Shown here in pieces: positions 47,051-54,743 of a stretch of 64,000 nucleotides of DNA. The DNA comes from a virus. The notes under the pieces are model-generated. The model was not told the origin of the DNA, searched no databases, and saw only the letters and a list, made by a program, of their open reading frames with translations. Numbering within the stretch: the stretch's first letter is position 1; each line of letters begins with the position of its first letter. The position numbers were made by a program, and so were the translations under genes. Where the stretch lies: the IMG/VR virus record IMGVR_UViG_3300042401_001747; one strand, written 5' to 3'.

Positions 47051-48002
47051 TCTTGAGCGGTTCCCACCACCAACGATTAGACCGATACCAGTCAATCGTG
47101 TGGCTAAGGGAGTCTTCGATGTTGTGAACAGGCTTCCAGCCAAGTGCAGTAATTTTACCTACGTCCACCGAATAGCGTCTGTCGTGTCCTTTTCTATCCT
47201 CAACATGCTCAATCCAGTCTTTAGGGTCCTGTTCAAAGTAACGAAGAATCATGTCCACGAGCTGAATGTTTGAGGTGCCGTTGCCTGCGCCTATGTTATA
47301 AATTTGTCCGCTTTCACCGTGCGTGAGGACTCTATGTATGGCGGCACAATGGTCAAAAACGTCAATCCAGTCTCTTTCGTTGAGACCGTCTCCATATAGA
47401 GGTATTTTTTTGTTTTGAAATATGTTCGTGGCGAATAGCGGTATTGCTTTTTCTGGAAACTGATACGGCCCGAAGTTGTTGGTGCACCTAGTAACTGACA
47501 CTGGGAGCCCGTGTGTATGGAAGTGGGACAGCGCTATAAGGTCTGAGCCTGCCTTGGATGCTGAATAAGGAGAGCGCGGCTCTAGTGGGTCTGTCTCTAG
47601 TGAAGAGCCGGTCTCAACGGAGCCATACACCTCGTCGGTGCCGATATGCACAATTCTCTTCACCCCTAGTTGATAAGCAACATTCATTACAGAGTCTGTA
47701 CCAGTGCAGTTTGTGCGCACAAAGTCATCGGAAAGAAGTATTGACCTGTCAACATGTGTCTCTGCCGCGAAATGGACTACGTAGTCGGACCCTTTCATGG
47801 CTGCAAGGAGAGATTCCTTGTCACAAACGTCTCCGTATGCAAAGTGGACTCGTGGAGAATCTATGAAGTCGCTCATCGTCGTCAATAATCCTGCGTAAGT
47901 CAGCATGTCGTAGACTGTTACTTCGTCGTCTGTATTGTTTAGTACGTAGCGAACGTAGTTGGAGCCTATGAACCCGGCTCCGCCGGTTACGAAGTGTTTC
48001 AC
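47043..48002 (-). CDS. rmlB: dTDP-glucose 4,6-dehydratase
   Basis: VTGGAGFIGSN, HFAAETHVDRS, TDEVYG, SPYSASKA, NNFGPYQFPEK. Confidence 0.95.
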   Translation of the reverse strand: MKHFVTGGAGFIGSNYVRYVLNNTDDEVTVYDMLTYAGLLTTMSDFIDSPRVHFAYGDVCDKESLLAAMKGSDYVVHFAAETHVDRSILLSDDFVRTNCTGTDSVMNVAYQLGVKRIVHIGTDEVYGSVETGSSLETDPLEPRSPYSASKAGSDLIALSHFHTHGLPVSVTRCTNNFGPYQFPEKAIPLFATNIFQNKKIPLYGDGLNERDWIDVFDHCAAIHRVLTHGESGQIYNIGAGNGTSNIQLVDMILRYFEQDPKDWIEHVEDRKGHDRRYSVDVGKITALGWKPVHNIEDSLSHTIDWYRSNRWWWEPLKNV

Positions 48003-48003
48003 G

Positions 48004-48570
48004 TTATGTCCTTGAGTCGTACATTGGTTTTAGTGTTGCTGGAATGTCTAATATTAGTGGATTGTTTTTGTCCCTATCGGAAACGATGGGGTTCTCAATA
48101 ACTTCGGCAATGTTTATGTCTGGGTCGTTCCAGAGTATTCCTAGCTCGTCGTTTTTGTTGTAGTAATTATCAACCATATAGGTGATGGTCATGTCTGTTA
48201 TTGAGTAAAACCCATGTGCCACGCCGGGTGGAATAAATACGCCGCGGTGGTCGTGGGTGTTTTCATCTATCATTCCAAGCCGTGTCGTGTAAGTGTTTCC
48301 GTAAGTAGGGGAACCTTCTCTAATGTCGTGAAGAATAACTAAACACGTCCCAAATGGGACATACCAATAATCTGCTTGATGTAGGTGATAATGGAGACCC
48401 ACTAGGCAGCCGGCTTTTCTGTCTCCTCTATTTCCTTGAATCATCTCTCGACCTAGAGGCAACCAGCTTCGCCTGTATGTTTCTACGAAGTACCCGCGCT
48501 CGTCTCCGTGCTTGTCGGGGTGAACTATTAGTACGTCTTTTATTTCCGCACACTCTTCAAATTTTGGCAT
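48004..48570 (-). CDS. rmlC: dTDP-4-dehydrorhamnose 3,5-epimerase
   Basis: HGDERGYFVE, GLHYH, DIREGSPTYG, IPPGVAHGF, WNDPDI. Confidence 0.93.
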   Translation of the reverse strand: MPKFEECAEIKDVLIVHPDKHGDERGYFVETYRRSWLPLGREMIQGNRGDRKAGCLVGLHYHLHQADYWYVPFGTCLVILHDIREGSPTYGNTYTTRLGMIDENTHDHRGVFIPPGVAHGFYSITDMTITYMVDNYYNKNDELGILWNDPDINIAEVIENPIVSDRDKNNPLILDIPATLKPMYDSRT

Positions 48571-49628
48571 TACTCTACCTCTACTACGCTGTAGTCACTT
48601 ATCATCAGTTTTAATGCTGATGGCTTCTGTTCTGATTGTTTCACGATAGCCGAACGGCCTACTAGAGAGTCGCTCATTCTTGCAATGTCTGTAACCGTGC
48701 TGCCTTTGAGAAGAACGGAGTTTTGAATTTCTGAATTTCTCACAACACAGTCAGGGCCTATGGATGTGTATGGCCCTATATACGAATCGGAGATTATTGC
48801 ATTATCCGCTATGGATACTGGCCCAATAATTCTGGAATTGTATATCTGAGACTTTCCTATCTTTACTTTTCCGTCTGCCGTAAAAGAGTTAAGAGGGTTA
48901 TCGTATATATCTCGTTCGATTGCGTCAAGAACGAGTCTATTGCACTCAAGAAGAGGGTCTTTTTTGCCAGTATCAATCCACCAGCCATCGAGTATCTCGT
49001 AAGCCACTCTGCTGCCAGAATCTATTAAGTTTTGTATGGCGTCCGTTATCTCAAGTTCGCCTCGTGGTGAGGCTTTGATTTTTTTGATGCTTTGATGTAT
49101 TTCTTTTGAAAACATGTAAACACCAACTAGCGCCAAATTGGATTTTGGGTTGGCTGGTTTTTCTACCAATGTTTTTATTCGGCCGTCATCACCTATTTCA
49201 GCAACTCCGAACTGGCTAGCATCTTCGACTTCTTTCAGAAGAAGTTTTGCGTCGAAACCGGCCATACCGTCAAGTACAAAAGAGGTAAGACTGGACTCAA
49301 TCATGTTGTCTCCTAGATACATGACGAAATTATCTTCACCTAGAAAATCTGAAGCGATATATACGCAATGAGCTAAGCCAAGCGGAGCGCCCTGAGTTAT
49401 GTAAGTTATTTTTGCACCAAAAGCCGAACCGTCCCCAACGGCCTCAATTACTTCGTTCGCCGTAGAGCCAACAATGATTGCAATGTCGTTTATTCCAGCA
49501 TTAACCATGTCTTCTATGCCGTAAAAAAGTATCGGCTTGTTGGCAATGGGGACTAACTGTTTTGCGCTCGTGTGTGTTATTGGCCTAAGTCTCGTTCCAG
49601 AGCCGCCAGATAAAATTAAACCCTTCAT
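48570..49628 (-). CDS. rmlA: Glucose-1-phosphate thymidylyltransferase (long form)
   Basis: LSGGSGTRLRPITHTSAKQLVPIANKP, LGDN, EKP, RGELEITD; C-terminal hexapeptide-like region. Confidence 0.95.
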   Translation of the reverse strand: MKGLILSGGSGTRLRPITHTSAKQLVPIANKPILFYGIEDMVNAGINDIAIIVGSTANEVIEAVGDGSAFGAKITYITQGAPLGLAHCVYIASDFLGEDNFVMYLGDNMIESSLTSFVLDGMAGFDAKLLLKEVEDASQFGVAEIGDDGRIKTLVEKPANPKSNLALVGVYMFSKEIHQSIKKIKASPRGELEITDAIQNLIDSGSRVAYEILDGWWIDTGKKDPLLECNRLVLDAIERDIYDNPLNSFTADGKVKIGKSQIYNSRIIGPVSIADNAIISDSYIGPYTSIGPDCVVRNSEIQNSVLLKGSTVTDIARMSDSLVGRSAIVKQSEQKPSALKLMISDYSVVEVE

Positions 49629-49820
49629 GAGCGTGGGTCCCGTGTCTGATTGGTATTTTTTGTACGCTCGTTGGCTGCATGATTTAGTGATGTAACAACA
49701 ATTTGAGCTATCTGTCGGTCAAGAGTGCCCACAACCTCCCATGCGTCCACTTCTGCGGTTGAACACAGCAGGTAACAAAAGGACGGATTTTCTGGGGGGA
49801 ACGAGTATGCGTAAACTGGA

Positions 49821-50015
49821 CTATTTGTCATCTTCTTCTTCAATCCAACCATCGATTATTTTCATTATATGTTCTTCTGACATATTTAGACTTTCGGCAG
49901 TTGGTCCCCACAGCCATTCTCCGTCTTCGTTCATGCCTTTTATTTCAATCAAGTTTGCTTTTCTAAGATATTCCATATCGTCAAACAAGTCTTGCTTTGT
50001 GTATTGTTCTTCCAT
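49821..50015 (-). CDS. Small hypothetical protein (paralog of 6172-6414)
   Basis: DLFDDMEYLRKANLIEIKGMNEDGEWLW vs DLYRDMEGLRKAGIIEVTGIAEDGQWLY. Confidence 0.7.
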   Translation of the reverse strand: MEEQYTKQDLFDDMEYLRKANLIEIKGMNEDGEWLWGPTAESLNMSEEHIMKIIDGWIEEEDDK

Positions 50016-50042
50016 GTTCCTATGTTTCTATTATCTTTCTAG

Positions 50043-50116
50043 TGGGCCCTCTGGGACTTGAACCCAGGACTGACGGATTATGAGTCCGGCGCTCTAACCA
50101 ACTGAGCTAAGGGCCC
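50043..50116 (-). tRNA. tRNA with CAT anticodon, most likely tRNA-Ile2 (lysidine-modified)
   Basis: GGGCCCTTAGCTCAGTTGGTTAGAGCGCCGGA-CTCATAA-TCCGTCAGTCCTGGGTTCAAGTCCCAGAGGGCCCA: full cloverleaf resembling bacterial Ile2; no encoded CCA. Confidence 0.9.
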
Positions 50117-50136
50117 GTTTTAGGCTGGTTTAATTC

Positions 50137-50379
50137 CTAAAGCGCGCAACATTTCTGATGTGCCATGAAAGCAATATGGTTTACCTGGTCTGCCAAACGG
50201 TCCGCCACGCTTGCTGGGTTATCCATTCCAAGCTCGTCCATAAGCCATTCAAACATTTCAAAAACGGCATACTCTAGTAATTCAATTTGTTTTTCTGGAG
50301 ATTTAGGGATAGGTCCAAGTTTGTACCTGCCGGTTTCCCATTCATTATAAGTGGTGTGGGTAAATTTTGTTTTACTCAT
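50137..50379 (-). CDS. Hypothetical protein
   Basis: Tiles in the minus-strand run of small ORFs. Confidence 0.55.
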   Translation of the reverse strand: MSKTKFTHTTYNEWETGRYKLGPIPKSPEKQIELLEYAVFEMFEWLMDELGMDNPASVADRLADQVNHIAFMAHQKCCAL

Positions 50380-50401
50380 TGTTTTTTTTCTTTCTTTCTT
50401 T

Positions 50402-50704
50402 TTATTTATGCGTGCTTGGATTAGACATCACAGATTTAGGCGGGATTGGCAGTCCTCCGGCGTTCATTCGTAGCCATGTTTTTTCGTTGACTATTTCGTA
50501 TGCCCATGCATCCTGGGTATAGCCGTGATTTGCAGGGTGTGGTCGCCTGTCAATTAGTGACTTTAGAATTGCTCGCTCTTTGGTTTCTTCGATTGTTACA
50601 AACCATCTTTCTGCTGGGTCTGACGTATGCCATATGACGTAAACGACATCGTTATCAATTCCTGCTTGTGTAAATTTTCCTATGGTTCCTTTATTGTTTG
50701 GCAT
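50402..50704 (-). CDS. Hypothetical protein
   Basis: AAGG RBS; tiles with neighbours. Confidence 0.6.
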   Translation of the reverse strand: MPNNKGTIGKFTQAGIDNDVVYVIWHTSDPAERWFVTIEETKERAILKSLIDRRPHPANHGYTQDAWAYEIVNEKTWLRMNAGGLPIPPKSVMSNPSTHK

Positions 50705-50713
50705 TTTTACCTT

Positions 50714-51070
50714 TCATAGTGCTTTCGATGGGGGTGAGTATGTTCGCCAAGTTGCATGTTTTTCGGGGTCACTATTTCCATCCCAGTAGGTAGGGATTTC
50801 TCCAAGAATTATTGCTGCGTCGTGTATGTCTGAATCCATCTTAGGGAGTTCCGTATCGAGAGTGTCAAGCCATCCGGCGGCCCAGTAGTCTTGCGAGCGT
50901 GCACTCATTACTTCAGGCATCCAAATTTTGAGAAGACTTTTTAATTGAGCTATTTCCGTTTTTGTTTGCGAAAGTTTTTCTTCAAGACCGTGGCAATGGT
51001 CAATCCAAAAATTTAGAGCCCTGCGCTCTTCTTCGCGTTTTTGCTCTGGTGGCAGGTCAGGCATTTCCAT
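50714..51070 (-). CDS. Hypothetical protein
   Basis: AAGGGA RBS; tiles with neighbours. Confidence 0.6.
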   Translation of the reverse strand: MEMPDLPPEQKREEERRALNFWIDHCHGLEEKLSQTKTEIAQLKSLLKIWMPEVMSARSQDYWAAGWLDTLDTELPKMDSDIHDAAIILGEIPTYWDGNSDPEKHATWRTYSPPSKAL

Positions 51071-51083
51071 TTTTTATTCCCTT

Positions 51084-51242
51084 TTATTTTTGATTGCTGT
51101 TTTTATCTAGGTACTCGTGTATTGCTTTTCTGAGAAGCGAGCCTACTGATAGTTTTTCTTTTTCCGACACCAATACCAGACGGTCGTGAAGCTCTCGCGA
51201 TATGTGTAGTACTAGTTTTTCGTAATCTGTTAATTTTTTCAT
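51084..51242 (-). CDS. Ribbon-helix-helix protein
   Basis: KLVLHISRELHDRL...EKLSVGSLLRKAIHEYL. Confidence 0.65.
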   Translation of the reverse strand: MKKLTDYEKLVLHISRELHDRLVLVSEKEKLSVGSLLRKAIHEYLDKNSNQK

Positions 51243-51255
51243 AATTCCTTCTTTG

Positions 51256-51332
51256 TGCTGGAGGCGAGATTTGAACTCGCGTGTCACCATCTACCCTTTC
51301 TACACTTTATAAGAGTGAGGGGATACTCCAGC
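51256..51332 (-). ncRNA. Non-canonical tRNA-like RNA (anticodon-type loop TAT, no 5' D-arm)
   Basis: Acceptor stem GCTGGAG/CTCCAGC-A, T-arm GCGAG-TTCAAAT-CTCGC, and CACT-CTTATAA-AGTG arm only 8 nt after the acceptor strand. Confidence 0.7.
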
Positions 51333-51347
51333 CATCGCTTTTTGTGG

Positions 51348-51677
51348 CTAAAGAGCGATGGCTATTCGAATGTTTTCTGTTAAGCGGCTTTTGCTGTAAC
51401 CGCCCCTCGAAGGAACTAGTCCGCCGAATACGCCGTCTTTAAACATTGCAAAAGCAGGAATTGACATTACGGAGTATCGCTTGCCAAATTCTGGAAACTC
51501 TTCTATGTCCATTTTTGCAAATATTACTTCTTCGGCCATTTCTGTTGACAGTTCATCGATGAGTGGTGCAATTATCCTGCAAGGCCCACACCAGGGTGCC
51601 CAAAAGTCAACAATGACTGGTTTATCTGCGCTTTGGATAAATTCATCAAAAGTGTTTGCGTTTAGTTCTGTTGTCAT
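51348..51677 (-). CDS. trxA: Thioredoxin
   Basis: VDFWAPWCGPC; SIP cis-Pro loop. Confidence 0.92.
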   Translation of the reverse strand: MTTELNANTFDEFIQSADKPVIVDFWAPWCGPCRIIAPLIDELSTEMAEEVIFAKMDIEEFPEFGKRYSVMSIPAFAMFKDGVFGGLVPSRGGYSKSRLTENIRIAIAL

Positions 51678-51715
51678 TTTTTTAATACTGCTTTCGTGTC
51701 TTGATATCTTTTAAT

Positions 51716-52165
51716 CTAGTCGTAGATTTGATTGATTAGCAAATCCTGAACGTGTTCTTTCATTAGAAGAAAACCACGAGCAGGGTTGTCGTTTCCGCCA
51801 AGATTTATCTTGGTCGACTCATTGAATGTTTCATGGTTTGCTCGTAGGTATCTTTTCACGCGAGCAACATCCACAACAACAAAACCCTGCGACGGAGAAA
51901 AAACGTAGACCCACCATTTGGCTGTAGTTACGTTTATGCCACTTTTGTGCCAGATTCTATTTCCGTCTGCGTCTGTTATTGCTCTGGGGTTCTGGTCAGT
52001 TTCTATAACCATTCTTCCGTTTCGGTAACGGTCTGTTTTTACCTCAAAGGAACCGTTAGACAAATCATCAAGAAACCCCTCTATCTCTTTTTCGCTTTGT
52101 AACCCAAACTCTAAGTCTTTTTTGAAGTCAAAAGACCGAGCTGGGATATCGAATGATTCCTTCAT
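51716..52165 (-). CDS. Putative PD-(D/E)xK-like nuclease-fold protein
   Basis: FEVKTDR...MVIE pattern. Confidence 0.5.
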   Translation of the reverse strand: MKESFDIPARSFDFKKDLEFGLQSEKEIEGFLDDLSNGSFEVKTDRYRNGRMVIETDQNPRAITDADGNRIWHKSGINVTTAKWWVYVFSPSQGFVVVDVARVKRYLRANHETFNESTKINLGGNDNPARGFLLMKEHVQDLLINQIYD

Positions 52166-52506
52166 TATCCTGCTACTAATTGATATTCTTCGGGTGTTTC
52201 ACGGCTCATCGTTACGCTCATTTCACCCTTTTCATTGAGGCCATCATCAACAGCTAATCCAAGCATTCCTGCTATCAGTTCAGAAATGTCTTCAGCAGCC
52301 ATTTGCGTTTCACGAGCCTCTTCCAGACTATCTGATTCTAGCCCCATAAAGTTAGATATTGTTTCGGCAAATAGGTCTATGAGGGAGAGTCGAAGTTCTG
52401 TTCCGTTTTTTGAATTCATGGTTGACATACTAGCGCAGGACGTGTATCGTGTGCTTGTCCAGGAATGACCCATTCCGAAGGCAACCATATAGAAAAGAGA
52501 TAACCC

Positions 52507-52983
52507 ATGAATTTGGCCCCAATTACAGTGGTCGGGAACCTGACAGCAGACCCCGAACTCACCTACACAACATCAGGACAAGCAAAACTGAGCTTTTCCG
52601 TAGCATCAACCCATGTTTGGTACGACCAGGCTGGAGAGAAGCAAGAGAAGACAAGCTACTTCAACATCGCCGCTTGGCGTTACTTGGCTGAGAACTCAGC
52701 TCGCACTCTCGAAAAGGGAATTGGCGTCATCGTGTACGGCCGCCTAGAGCAGCGTTCATACGAAGACAAAGAAGGCATCAAGCGTTCAGCAGTTGAACTC
52801 GTAGCAGAAGAAGTTGCTATTTCAACAAAGTCACTTGAGACAATTGAGCGTCGTCAGCGAAGCGAGAATGCCCAGTCGGCAGCTCCTCGTGGACAATCAG
52901 ACCAGCAGCGCAGAACCCGCCCAAATACCGCAAAGGTACCTGCTGGCGGTCTTCTTGAGGAAATTGACTCAGACCCGTTTTAG
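52507..52983 (+). CDS. ssb: Single-stranded DNA-binding protein
   Basis: ITVVGNLTADPEL..T.SG, VYGRLEQRSYEDKEG, acidic C-terminal DPF. Confidence 0.93.
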   Translation: MNLAPITVVGNLTADPELTYTTSGQAKLSFSVASTHVWYDQAGEKQEKTSYFNIAAWRYLAENSARTLEKGIGVIVYGRLEQRSYEDKEGIKRSAVELVAEEVAISTKSLETIERRQRSENAQSAAPRGQSDQQRRTRPNTAKVPAGGLLEEIDSDPF

Positions 52984-53033
52984 TCCGCTCATGGGCGCAC
53001 TGAGCGCCTGAGAACGGTTTACAGAACCAATAG

Positions 53034-53080
53034 AACACCCAGCTGGCGAGATTTCCTCAAAGGCTGGGTGTTTTGTTTTG
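53034..53080 (+). terminator. Intrinsic terminator after ssb
   Basis: AACACCCAGC...GCTGGGTGTT followed by TTGTTTTG. Confidence 0.7.
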
Positions 53081-53126
53081 TCCAAGCTTACATAGATATA
53101 TATTTTTAAAAAATGTTTGAAATATG

Positions 53127-53155
53127 TTGCAAAAAACCAAAACCTTGTTTATGAT
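53127..53155 (+). promoter_or_regulatory. Sigma-70/HrdB-type promoter
   Basis: TTGCAA-N17-TATGAT with AT-rich upstream region, pointing at ORF 53195. Confidence 0.6.
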
Positions 53156-53194
53156 TTCCTTACCCATCCACCTACATAAAACTGGGAGTCAATA

Positions 53195-53443
53195 ATGTCA
53201 GAATATAGCAAGCTTCGCGAAAAGGGAATCAACCGAGGTCGGCCTAAGCACAGTCCTGAACAAAAGGCCGAATCACAGATGCGCAACTCGGTCCGGCAGG
53301 AAGCACGTCGAAGGGCTCATATGGTTCTCAAGGCACGTCATGCCGAAGAGTTCAATGCGATTTATGAGGCAGAGATGAAAGACCTCGTTAAAGAGCTTTC
53401 GACACCTCAAAAAAGCGCACCGAAGAAGTCCTCGAAAAACTAG
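53195..53443 (+). CDS. Basic hypothetical protein (RGRPK AT-hook-like motif)
   Basis: GGGAG RBS; upstream promoter. Confidence 0.65.
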   Translation: MSEYSKLREKGINRGRPKHSPEQKAESQMRNSVRQEARRRAHMVLKARHAEEFNAIYEAEMKDLVKELSTPQKSAPKKSSKN

Positions 53444-53797
53444 TCTTCTGTTTCGGCTTCTTTTTTAGCATTCCTATAGGAGTGTTCTAAAGCGGCTATC
53501 AAATCAAGCCCTCTTTCTTCTCCGTCATGATTTCTTTTTGAGTCAAGGGCGTTTAGGTCAGCAAGGAGTTTTATGTCTGCATCTATTCCAGGGAAGGTCA
53601 TGTTAGGAGTCCTTGTCTTTGTGATTCTTGGTGTTTCTTTTAAGTGCTTTTTTTCTTGAAGAACCATAGCTTATTTCTAGCCAGTCATCAAAGTCTTCGT
53701 ATGTCCCAACGCTGTGCTGCACGTATCTTTCGTATTGAGATAAGAGACTTAAGTACTCTTCGTTGTTTTCATCAAAACGTGATGGCATAGGAATACC

Positions 53798-54286
53798 TTA
53801 TTGTCTTTTTCTTGCTTTTTTAGCAGCTTCAGTGTTTGAAACAAACTGGCTACCTTTTCGGCTGCCAAGTATTTTCTTCCTGTTTGTCGCAGCTCTTTGT
53901 GCTGGCGTCAGTTTTGCCCACGCTTTTGCTGGAAGATACCTACGAGTTCCGCCCTTGCGTATCGCTGGCTTGCCATCTGACGTGCTCCACTTCTCGCGAG
54001 TCCACGTCTTTAATGAGCGCTGTGCCTTACGTGGGGCTCCTTTATAGCCTCCACCAGCCTTCCGGTACTCCATGGCCAGTAATTGAGCCTTGCGTGCGCT
54101 CCACTGTCCAGGCTTGCCGCCTTTTGAGCCAGCCATGATTCTGTTCTTTATACGTTCACGAACATCTGGTTTTGTGTAGGACATCTTTGCTGTTTTTTCA
54201 AGAACATCAGGCGCTCCTTCTGTAAAAACAGATGCAGCCTCTTCGACCCATGCTGGTGAATCTGGGGAATTTTTATGGTCTCTCAT
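53798..54286 (-). CDS. DUF5872-like basic protein
   Basis: YTKPDVRERIK..IMAGSKGGKPGQWSARKAQLLA.EY.KAGGGY pattern. Confidence 0.7.
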   Translation of the reverse strand: MRDHKNSPDSPAWVEEAASVFTEGAPDVLEKTAKMSYTKPDVRERIKNRIMAGSKGGKPGQWSARKAQLLAMEYRKAGGGYKGAPRKAQRSLKTWTREKWSTSDGKPAIRKGGTRRYLPAKAWAKLTPAQRAATNRKKILGSRKGSQFVSNTEAAKKARKRQ

Positions 54287-54538
54287 TTTTCATTTTCTTT
54301 AATCGCTTTTTCCGCTTCACCTATTATCCATGCAGTTTCGGCGTTTAACGTGTAAAGCCATGGATGGGATTTTGCGAAGTCAACGATTACTTGTGAGCCG
54401 TCTTCCCCACTGAAGTCAATCCCTACGAATCTAAGCACATCGTAGATGCTCTCTACTCCAGGAATGTCGATTTGGCGATACTTGGCCCAGTCGGCATTCT
54501 CTTGAGAATCGTCAATGTTTACTCTATTCGTCGCCATC
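54283..54538 (-). CDS. Hypothetical protein (start approximate)
   Basis: ATGA coupling to the next gene. Confidence 0.5.
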
Positions 54539-54743
54539 TTTTTTCTTTCGGGTCTTGAGTGGCTTGACATATCTGGATGGCATCGGAGTATTTAAGGACG
54601 GGATATCCAGGAAAGAGGGTTTGCTCTCTTCCGGTTCGGGCTTTGATTTATTTTTCCCGGTTGTGCGTATTTTTGCAGTAGGCAAACCCCTGGCTCCTAT
54701 TTGGTCCAGTTCTAAGCTAAAAACTTTTTTCTGTTCGTCTTTT

